A stretch of 62,190 bases of DNA, counting the filler, from Dugesia japonica (taxonomy: Eukaryota): the NCBI GenBank assembly GCA_001938525.1. It is 5 parts of 5 records of this genome, joined end to end, with 100 filler letters (N's around TTAATTAATTAA, not from the genome) between each part and the next. Parts side by side here need not be neighbours in the genome. Positions count along the whole stretch, not along the records: positions 52,394 to 62,190 come from MQRL01584237.1; 4 more parts are not named here. One strand, written 5' to 3'. The notes beneath the pieces were generated by a model. That model did no database searches, was not told the DNA's origin, and was given only the letters and a program-made list of their open reading frames with translations. The translations under genes and the position numbers were made by a program. Numbering within the stretch: position 1 is the first letter of the stretch; every line of letters begins with the position of its first letter. Positions 52,394 through 62,190 of this stretch are shown one piece after another.

Positions 52394-54706
52394 AAATTAG
52401 AAAAGGAGGTGTTACAGTCTTCGAATAATCATTAAATAATAATTCTTTCTCAGACCGCATAGTATAAAGAGTCGTGCCAGTTTGTATGCTTTCACAAAGA
52501 GGTTCATGTTTCTAAAACGCAGTCTTATTCCTGAACCCATTCAAGTAATTCGGACACNAAGTAGATTGAATTTGTNTCTCATTTTTTTAACATCATTAAA
52601 TTTAAATTCCTTACAGTTGTGAAGTATATGAACTATATTTTCAATGTGTTTTTTGAATTTTCTATGTAATAAATAATTTAAATATACAATTAAGTAATTC
52701 CAATAATTCTTGTTAATTATATTTGAACATTTTTATAACATATTTTTATTATAAAAAATGTAATTATTTTAAAATTAACACCTGGTTATTTTAAAACTTA
52801 AAAAATAATGGTAACTTTTTAAAATAAATAATAGAACACTATTTTTTGAAATATTTATTAAGTGCGATCAATTTCGACGGAATAATCTTTATCATCAGAC
52901 AATTAAAGAATATTAAAACAAACTATTTACAAATGACTATATAATTTCAATTATGCAATTTAAATAAATAAATAAATCTTATGAGTGGATTTAATAATTA
53001 CTAGTAGAGTGATGTGTGAAGCTTTATTGATAAGAGTATTAAATCCTAAAGTTATTGTTTAGTGGACGAATTCAACCTCGCTATTAAATTATTTGATTGA
53101 GATTACATAATTGAGAAGTGTTGTAACAGGTGTATGTGTGTAGCAAAGCGATAACTANNNNNNNNNNNNNNNNNNNNNNNNNNNNAAATAAAAAATTCAG
53201 TCTTTAATTGGTTAATATTACAATTTGGAAACTTATAATTCATTAAATTTGAATTTGAAAATTATTATTTTATATTAAAAAACCTTTTTAATAAAATTAA
53301 ATAAGTAGAAATTAATTTCATATAATTATAAGAAAAAAGTAAATTTAAATAACTAGATATTATAACACGATTTTTTAATTTGATATACACATATACACTT
53401 AAGATAACAATATTGGTTACACGGCGAATTTCATTATTTTAGAAAACATCAAACTAATGTGTTTTGTGTTCCTTATAATGAGTTAATGTAAGAAATGTGT
53501 CAATTAATTATTTTATTGATCAGAAATTTGACACTGATTATTAATTATTTTTTATTGTTTGTTTAGATATTGGAGTTTTTTTGAAGTTGTATTAATAATA
53601 AAATTTAATAGATTTGTTATAAAATAATGTAAATTTCTTTTAAATCTTTGATAAAGATTAATTAAATAAAAATTATATTTTAATAATAATTAAATTTTAT
53701 TGTAAGCGATTTTATTGTAAGTGTAATATTTTCTTATTGAAAAACTTTTGCGAAAATGCTTTCAGAATTTTCTACCAGTTAATATGTTATGTTATTGACG
53801 AAGTTGTATATATAATTGGATTTTTATAATATTCAAAATATTTAATAAAATAATTATTATTAAAAACTCAATTTTTTTTAAAAAATGTATTAATTTTTAA
53901 AAATGATCTTTAAATTTCATCAACAATATAAAAAATAAATTATTAAAAGTTTTCGAATTTTAATAAATTTAATGTGAAAAGAAAATTTTGCAAGTAAAAA
54001 ATCGAAAATTGAATAACCGCTGCAGTGTTTATATTTCGTTTCAAAATTCTTATTATTATAATAAATAGATTTTTAGAACAAAAGGTTTGTTTAAACAAAT
54101 TACATTGATAAATTTATTAATCACCAAATCTAAAAATTCGATTTACAAGCGATGATTTAATAAAATAGAATTAAGAGTAATAATTCTGAAAAATAAATGT
54201 TTCTAATCTATTAGAAAATAAAAAAANNNNNNNNNNNNNNNNNNNNNNNNNNNNNNNNNNNNNNNNNNNNNNNNNNNNNNNNNNNNNNNNNNNNNNNNNN
54301 NNNNNNNNNNNNNNNNNNNNNNNNNNNNNNNNNNNNNNNNNNNNNNNNNNNNNNNNNNNNNNNNNNNNNNNNNNNNNNNNNNNNNNNNNNNNNNNNNNNN
54401 NNNNNNNNNNNNNNNNNNNNNNNNNNNNNNNNNNNNNNNTTATTGCTTATCAATTGTTTATGGAGATTAATTATTTATTTATTTTTAAAATAATTTGGAA
54501 ATGATTACAGCAAATATTTTCACATGAATTTTCTACAGTTAATTTTATAATAAATTTATAGATTGATATTTTTAAATATATAAAAAAAAACAAAATGACT
54601 TATTAAATGTGTTCAATGTTTTCTAAAAAAATACAAATATAAACAAAAAAATTGTTTAATTAATATTGAATAATAAAGGTTATATATAAAATTTTTGATA
54701 ATAAAT

Positions 54707-56257
54707 ATGAATACAGAATGTGATGAAATTGTAGAATGTGTAATTTGTTATTCAGTCCTTGAATCAGATTGTTTGATTGAACTAATTCCTTGTGGTCATA
54801 AATTCTGTAATGATTGTATGATATCGTGGTCAATAGTGAATACAACTTGTCCTTTAGATCGACTAAATATATCCAAAGTATTTAAATGTCAACAAGAAAC
54901 TTTATTATTCGAAAATTTTATTTATGATTCAATTATAAATAATGCTAAAAACATTTCGGAAATTTATTTAACACAAATTGCCGATCTAATAAAAACAATT
55001 CTTGAATTTCAATTAAATGTCGATACGGTAGTTAATTATTTAATTAATATAGAAAATAATTATAGAAATCTAAAACATAATAATTCATATTTAGCAAATA
55101 AACCGATGATGAATTTTTTAGAAAACATTTCCAGTATTCCAAATTTATCATACAATGAAATATCGAATTGTTTCAATAAATACTATATCGATTCTCAACT
55201 AATTACAGAATCAATAATAAACCTACAAACAAATATCCAAAAATATTTTCCAAATGATATTGTTCTTATGAAATGTGAAAATGATTTCATTAATTTAAGA
55301 ACATGTTTGAGAGTATTAACAGATTTAGGATTTCAATACAACGCAATCGATAATTACTTGAAAGAATTTAAAATGAAAACATCAAGTGGACAACTCTATG
55401 ACAGATATTTCGTTAGAAGTTGCTATGAAAAAATCGATAGTATTAAAAAAATTAATTCATTAAATCTCGGTTTCCGGTTATTTATTAAATCTTTAATATT
55501 AAAATTATCAAACAGAAATTTCAATCAAAATATATTGGATTTATTTGACAAATCAATTAACCAATGTATTATTTGTAATTCTTACAAAAAATCGATGATT
55601 TCCATTTATGGATGTCATCATAAAGTTTGTAAAAAATGCGACAAAAGATTCGAATTGAAAAACGTAAACTGTTTATTTCATGAAAATATTAATCAAACAA
55701 AAACTAATTTTGATATTAAATTGATTGAAAAGAAAATCAAATCGAAATGTGAATTCATTATGAAATCTTTATCAGCAATGATATTTGAAAATTTAACATG
55801 TATTAAAAATAAGTTCGAAACGTTATATCAATTTAAACAAACAAACGGCCTTGATATTTTCAATATACAATTTTGTAAACAAGTAGAAATTAGTAATTCA
55901 AAAACTAATGAAATAAATCAACAATTTAGTTTCATTGTTGCATTAAAAGATAATTTTTATCGTTTTCTTTCTGACGATTCATTGAAATTGTTTGTAGAGT
56001 ATTTTATAATAATTAAACAATGCCAGGATATCAATGAAATATGTCTTGATCGAATGTTATTTTATAATAAATTAGAAGAAAAAATGGTTTATAAAAATGG
56101 AGAATTAAATAATCATGAATTAAAACTTGAGAAATTTGATAAATTCTTTTCAAATATTTATTATAAAGAAATAACAAGTATTTATAAAAAATTGATGAGC
56201 TTGAAAATTCCGAAAATAATTAAAGATAATTTTTATTTAATTTGTAGTTTGAAATAA
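54707..56257 (+). CDS. Intronless double-RING-finger protein (putative E3 ligase), 516 aa
   Basis: Open 1.55-kb ORF. RING1 is CVIC..PCGHKFCNDC..TCPLDR and RING2 is CIIC..GCHHKVCKKC..NCLFH. The ATG at 54707 aligns with the paralog's start. Confidence 0.9.
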   Translation: MNTECDEIVECVICYSVLESDCLIELIPCGHKFCNDCMISWSIVNTTCPLDRLNISKVFKCQQETLLFENFIYDSIINNAKNISEIYLTQIADLIKTILEFQLNVDTVVNYLINIENNYRNLKHNNSYLANKPMMNFLENISSIPNLSYNEISNCFNKYYIDSQLITESIINLQTNIQKYFPNDIVLMKCENDFINLRTCLRVLTDLGFQYNAIDNYLKEFKMKTSSGQLYDRYFVRSCYEKIDSIKKINSLNLGFRLFIKSLILKLSNRNFNQNILDLFDKSINQCIICNSYKKSMISIYGCHHKVCKKCDKRFELKNVNCLFHENINQTKTNFDIKLIEKKIKSKCEFIMKSLSAMIFENLTCIKNKFETLYQFKQTNGLDIFNIQFCKQVEISNSKTNEINQQFSFIVALKDNFYRFLSDDSLKLFVEYFIIIKQCQDINEICLDRMLFYNKLEEKMVYKNGELNNHELKLEKFDKFFSNIYYKEITSIYKKLMSLKIPKIIKDNFYLICSLK

Positions 56258-56834
56258 AATTTTGTTTTAATATTATTTTCTATTTAAATATTTTACAGGT
56301 ATAAAAAATATATATTAATACTATGCAAACAGTGCTACGGTACAACGCCCCACGTCGTTACCGTTATTAAATGAAATGTTATTAATAAATTATTTTCATC
56401 TTTAGTTTTGTAAAAAATTACCATAAATAACTTTGTAATAATTTAAAACATAATTAATTATATTAATGAAAATTTTTCTCGTATGATATATAGTAAAACT
56501 AAAAAAGATTTTTTATTCAACTTATGGCAATTTTTTTATTATTATTTCCTAAATAAAATTTCTTTCAAGGCCCCTCTAGGAAACTGTGCATTGGGCCGGC
56601 CATATCTAATACTATGCCTATTTTAAAATCTTTTAGGTATAATATTTAATAATGTCTATCAAAATAATATACCTATGGCAATATAATTGACAACATACTA
56701 TTAATATTATATAGAAATAACCGTTTATATTAATTTTGTTTTATAAAAAATCATTTAAAATTTATTAAGTTTGAATTTATAATGTCCGCTAATTCTTATC
56801 GAATTACCCGAATAAAATTAAGTAAACTTAAATA

Positions 56835-57133
56835 CTAGCCACTTCTGGCAACGCGTTGCTGTGGTTCAGTTTAGTTGAATGAAACAGAAAAGAAAATATA
56901 ATGAATACGTTTCTAATATATTTATTTTACAATACATGTGGATATACAATGTTTTTTGTTATTCCATTTTTTTGTGTAGATATAAAGAAAACTTGTTTTG
57001 CCGAATCAAAAACATACAGCTTACAATTATCCATATGAAAAACGGTCTGTCAAAATTTCAAGTCTATCGGTGAACAATGTTCAGAGCTTTTCAATTTTGA
57101 ACAAACGAACATTTAGAATTTTATTTATATAGA
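56835..57133 (-). mobile_element. Non-autonomous Helitron (~300 bp)
   Basis: On the minus strand it has a 5' A|TC start, a 3' CTAG|T end, and the palindrome GCAACGCGTTGC about 8 nt upstream of CTAG. Confidence 0.85.
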
Positions 57134-57399
57134 TTAATGTCCTGAACGGAATCGAGTAGTGTAGATAAGAATTTACTTAAGTTACCAATCCACAATTCAT
57201 TTCAATTCATTCTAATAAATATCGTGAAATTTTATTATTCAAATTTTATTGATATAATTTTTCAAACACAATAATAATAAATATTTTGTAAATATATTTT
57301 TAATAATATTATCTAAAGTCCAAATTTTATTTACAAAACTGAGAAAACTAATACATACTTTTTATTACAGGTTCTGTAATTTTAATTACTCTTATGACT

Positions 57400-57960
57400 T
57401 CTCGTATCGGTCACCTAATATTTGTCTGGCAATACACCAAATAGGTTTTATGGGGCTCCATAATCAATTCAATTAAAGTGTTCACCAATTTTGAAACAAC
57501 CAAAGTCAGTTTCATCAATAAATATATAGCATTTTGCTACATCTAAGTGTGCAATGCATTTATCAATTATATCAATCGCAAATGTTTGAACATGGCCTCT
57601 TGCATTGGTTTTAGATGGCAAAGGTTTCTTCAATCCCTTAACAGATCACTTAGACGTTAGAATTCAATTTGTGCAGAGAAATGTCTGCCTCAAAAAACGA
57701 TTTTGTGATTTTGTAAGTCCATGAAATCTTGCCAGCAGAATAGGATTCATCCATTTTCGGTTGTTTTGATGTAATGTTTTCAATAAATCTTTGATATTTT
57801 TTTGAACTTCTGTGAAATTCAATAAAAAACTTTTTATCACAACAAAACACGCTGATCAGACATAACTTACAAAAATATTCTTTGTTTGAATTGACAATAA
57901 ACTCGTTTGGCTTTTAAAACATGAAATTGCTTAACTCTAGCCATTTTTATCAATAATTTA
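57400..57960 (-). mobile_element. CGGBP1-like/hAT-related transposase fragment
   Basis: BED-like N-terminal Cys/His region, FFEADISLHKLNS and IFIDETD (first catalytic Asp). Confidence 0.55.
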
Positions 57961-58251
57961 ATAATTGTTATTTCGTTTGCCAAAAATGGTCAAATTAATT
58001 TATTTAATAAGATAAATAAAACAAAATTAAAATTAGAATCAACTTATAAATAATTTATTTATAAATAGATAAAAAAAAGTTATCAAATTTCAGACTGCAT
58101 TTTAAAATAGTCTAAATGAAAAGTGTAAAAGTCATTTTCTTGTCTAAGAATTACTAATGATAATTAATGAGAGTATATATTAAAACAATTGAGTGAATTT
58201 AATTTAAAAGTGTTGACTTTTTATCGTGTGACGTAGATAAAATAAGATACT

Positions 58252-58318
58252 TATTATTATTATTANNNNNNNNNNNNNNNNNNNNNNNNNNNNNNNNNNN
58301 NNNNNNNNNNNNNNNNNN

Positions 58319-58376
<58 letters not shown>

Positions 58377-58390
58377 GTTGTTATTATTAT
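58252..58390. repeat. (TTA)n microsatellite spanning a gap
   Basis: TTA run. Confidence 0.9.
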
Positions 58391-58729
58391 AAATAAACAT
58401 TTTTTTTTAATTTGACTTAAAAAACATTAAAATTCTACTGCTTAGTGAGTCATCATGAAATAAAATTAAAATAGTACTAAAAGAATGTAAAACATTTCCA
58501 AAATAAAATTTCTATTTTTGTTTATTTTTTCTCAATATTAAGTGAATTATCTGGATTCATTGATTAATCATTAATAAATAATGAAATTATAAATTTTCCC
58601 AAAAGATAAGGAAGTATTTCTTTTAAAAAAATCCAACTTATTTTGATTGAAATTTCTGATTGATAAATTGATTAATTTACAAAAGAAACTTTTAAAATTT
58701 GTTTTCTATTGAATTTTTAAAATTTTCCA

Positions 58730-60304
58730 TTATTTTCTGATAGTTTGAAGATTACAAATTGATTTAAAATTGTCTAGAATTATTTTTGGGACTTTTGTTT
58801 CGTCGAATATTTGAAGAACTTTGAAAATATGTGAATAATAAAAACTATTAAAGAATTGTTTGAAATTGTCATAAAAATTATTTTCATTCATCTTCTCATT
58901 ATTATAAAATAAATTATCTTCTATTTGACTATAATATAACATCTTATTAATACATATTTCATTGATTTCTTTGAATTGTTTAATAATTTTCAAATAATCA
59001 TCAAACAATTTATTAGAAGAATTCAATAAAAATCTATAAGTAGTATCTTTTAATGCAACAATGAAACTAAATTGTTGATTTATTTCATGAGCTTTTGAAC
59101 TACTAATTTCTATTTGTTTAGAAAATTTTATATTAGAAAATTCATAAAAGTTTCTTTCTTTTTGCATTAATAAATTTTCCGAATTATTTTTAATGAATTC
59201 TAAATTCTCAAATATCATTGCCGANNNNNNNNNNNNNNNNNNNNNNNNNNNNNNNNNNNNNNNNNNNNNNNNNNNNNNNNNNNNNNNNNNNNNNNNNNNN
59301 NNNNNNNNNNNNNNNNNNNNNNNNNNNNNNNNNNNNNNNNNNNNNNNNNNNNNNNNNNNNNNNNNNNNNNNNNNNNNNNNNNNNNNNNNNNNNNNNNNNN
59401 NNNNNNNNNNNNNNNNNNNNNNNNNNNNNNNNNNNTTAATTGATTTGTCAAATAAATCCAATATATTTTGACTGAAATTTCTGTTTGATAATTTTAATAT
59501 TAAAGATTTAATAAATAACCGGAAACCGAAAATTATGGAATTCAATTTCTTAATACTATCGATTTTATCATAACAACCTCTGGCAAAATATTTGTAACAA
59601 TTTAACAGTTTTCGTCGTTTGAATTTCAATTTATTGAAATAACTATTGATATTTTTAAAGTATAAACCAAAATTTTTTAGCACTTCTAAACATGTTTTCA
59701 AATTAATTATATCATTTTCACAATTAATGAGAATGAGATCATGCGGAAAATATCTACCGATAAATGTTTCTAAAATTTTCAATGATTCCGTTAAAGGTCG
59801 ATAATCAATAAAGTCTTCATTGAATAAATTCGATATTTCATTGTAAGCTAAATCGGGAATATCACGAATAATTTGAACGAAATCCACAACGCTTTGGTTA
59901 GCTGAATCAGATCTATTGTCTATTATACTTTGAAATTTATCTTGCTCAAATTTTCTTTCAATTTTTATTATGAAATCTATATTTGAATCGATATTGAGTT
60001 GAAACTTTTCAATTTTGTGAATCAAGTCACCAATTTGTGTTAAATAAATTTGCGACGTATTGTTAGTATGAATTATAATTGGATCATAAATAAAATTTTC
60101 GAATAATAAAGTTTCTTGTTGAAATTTAAATACTTTGAAGATATTCAGTCGATCTAAAGGACAAGTTGTATTCACTATTGACCACGATATCATACAATCA
60201 TTACAGAATTTATGACCACAAGGAATCAGCTCTATTAAACAATCTGATTCAAGGACTGAATAACAAATTACACATTCTATAATTTCATCACATTCTGAAT
60301 TCAT
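58730..60304 (-). CDS. Intronless RING-finger protein, paralog of 54707-56257 (second RING region falls in an N gap)
   Basis: The N-terminal ~75 aa are almost identical to the paralog. GFRLFIKSLILKLSNRNF.QNILDLFDKSI and EINQQFSFIVALKD are shared. Confidence 0.88.
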   Translation of the reverse strand: MNSECDEIIECVICYSVLESDCLIELIPCGHKFCNDCMISWSIVNTTCPLDRLNIFKVFKFQQETLLFENFIYDPIIIHTNNTSQIYLTQIGDLIHKIEKFQLNIDSNIDFIIKIERKFEQDKFQSIIDNRSDSANQSVVDFVQIIRDIPDLAYNEISNLFNEDFIDYRPLTESLKILETFIGRYFPHDLILINCENDIINLKTCLEVLKNFGLYFKNINSYFNKLKFKRRKLLNCYKYFARGCYDKIDSIKKLNSIIFGFRLFIKSLILKLSNRNFSQNILDLFDKSIXXXXXXXXXXXXXXXXXXXXXXXXXXXXXXXXXXXXXXXXXXXXXXXXXXXXXXXXXXXXXXXXXXXXXXXSAMIFENLEFIKNNSENLLMQKERNFYEFSNIKFSKQIEISSSKAHEINQQFSFIVALKDTTYRFLLNSSNKLFDDYLKIIKQFKEINEICINKMLYYSQIEDNLFYNNEKMNENNFYDNFKQFFNSFYYSHIFKVLQIFDETKVPKIILDNFKSICNLQTIRK

Positions 60305-62190
60305 ATTTTATAATTAAAGATTTTATATATAATCTTTATTATTCAATATTAATTAAACAATATTTTTTGTTTATATTTGTACTATTTAGAAAAGTTTTAA
60401 CACATTTATTATGTAATATATAAAATTGAATTTGTTAAAATTAAATTTCCGTAAACGTGTTTTTGGATTTATTTTAAAATATCAATACGTAAAATTATTA
60501 ATAAAAACTTGGTATCATCCGTCAAAAATAACATTTNNNNNNNNNNNNNNNNNNNNNNNNNTAATGATCTAAAAAATACACTAAAGTCTTCGATGATCAA
60601 CAGTCAAACATATTTAAAAACTAAATTAAATAATATATCCAATGAAAGAATGTAAAGAGATGAATAATACACAATTAAGAGAAATTAGAAATGTTAAATG
60701 TTAATTTTAAAATGTTACAATTAAAGTTTCTACATCTCGGAATTTAAGCAGCGAAAAGCACATCATTGAGAAAAAATTTTATCGAATTTAAATATTGCAG
60801 TTTTTAATTTTCCAAAATGAAATTTTCAATTATTCTTTAATTATTACGTGATTGTTAACAAAATGCAATTTTACATTCAATATATTCTCAATATAATTTT
60901 TAATTAATCAACGAGTAACGTAATTTTTTAAATGTTTATTCTACTTTAAAATGATACTGGTTAACAATTTTCATATGGCGAAGTCTCTTTTTTCAATCGA
61001 AGTGCGTTTTATTTAAAAAACCTTTAACGGGTACGTTTTTATATATTTTTAATAATTCTATTCAAAACTTATTCATATATGTTTTTAAAAAATACTTTTA
61101 ATTCTTCAAATAGTTTAATTACATTAATTACTGCATTAAAATGTTCATGAAATAAACGGTCATTTAAATTTTAAATGCATTAATTATTAAAATAATTTGA
61201 TAATTTAAGTAAAATTGAAATCAAATTACTATTGAATTTTTAAATATTTAATAGTTTAAATATAATTTGTTTTGTCTCACAAAGACTTTTCTAGTCTATA
61301 ATATCTTAAAAAATTTTAATTATAAATTTTTCATATAACCAATTTTTTTCATAAAAATAACGGTTATTAAAATTTAAATTTACACCTCTATAACTTACAA
61401 ACACCATGTTATTTGTCTTACACATATTTTTTGTGTCATAATTTTAATTTCACAATAAAATACTAGAAATTATTTTTATTTTTAAAATAAGTAGTTATTC
61501 GAGAGTGACAGACATACATGCAGAAAAATTGCTTTGAAAATAGTCGCTGTAATAATTTTTCTATAATTTAATGTTTTTTAACTCTTTACAATAATGTAAG
61601 AAATGAAATTTAACTGCACTAGATGTTGATTTGGTGAGCATGGGTTATTAAAATAAACCGATTTGTAGAATCAAATTCAAAAGGACTGTTCTCCGCCTTA
61701 CGAATTTAATATTTCTGATTTTCGATTAGTAGAATTGATCGCAATTTTTGTAAATATACTTTCTGTGTTAAAACTAGTTAAAACTACGCAAATTAATTGA
61801 TAAGTTCAATTATGAGCGCACTCGGTTAAATGCGAACAAACCTTAATAGATATGTTCCGTTGGACTGTACATGTCAGAGGATGTTATAAAATGGTATGGA
61901 ATGAAAACAAAACTTTTATTGAAACAATGTATTAAAATATTTTTTAATGATATTATTGATAATAATTTTACTTAGAATACAAATAATGTACTGATTTCAT
62001 GAATGATATTAATACAAAGAACCATTTTACTTAAACATAAAAATTAACAATTATTTTCCTTGAGTGAGCAGCTAATAATAATGAGACTGGGAGCATCGAA
62101 TGTCATATGAACTCTGAAACATCTAATATTTATCATTAATTTCACTTAATTTAAACAAAATATTGTCAATTTTGATTTGTTTAAACAAAA

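Overview
Very AT-rich eukaryotic (animal) draft-assembly sequence. It consists of five contigs joined by artificial 100-nt linkers (44 N + TTAATTAATTAA + 44 N, with the 12-mers starting at 12111, 25212, 39616 and 52338), so adjacency across those points is unverified. Most of the window is decayed transposable elements: Tigger/pogo, hAT, several mariners, a PGBD4-like piggyBac, three Ty3/gypsy relics, Penelope GIY-YIG fragments, a non-autonomous Helitron and MITEs, plus (TAA)n microsatellites. Host genes that can be supported are: an EF-hand gene with 40-50 nt introns that the ORF track misses (4474-5011+); one Cys-loop exon of a nicotinic ACh receptor-family subunit resembling the spiralian ACh-gated anion-channel clade (15080-15253, minus); the 5' exon of an SLC43A3-like transporter (50671-51701); and a tail-to-tail pair of intronless ~520-aa RING proteins (54707-56257 +, 58730-60304 -). 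The most interesting hidden structure is a Polinton/Maverick (endogenous dsDNA virus-like) relic at about 7.8-10.0 kb: a major capsid C-terminus, an integrase/chromodomain C-terminus split by a mariner, and a minor capsid N-terminus. All family assignments come from motif recognition by eye, not database searches. I found no confidently new biological system. The best candidates for follow-up are the Polinton relic, the RING pair, a four-copy TGTTGGGG-initiated repeat and two hammerhead-like motifs.
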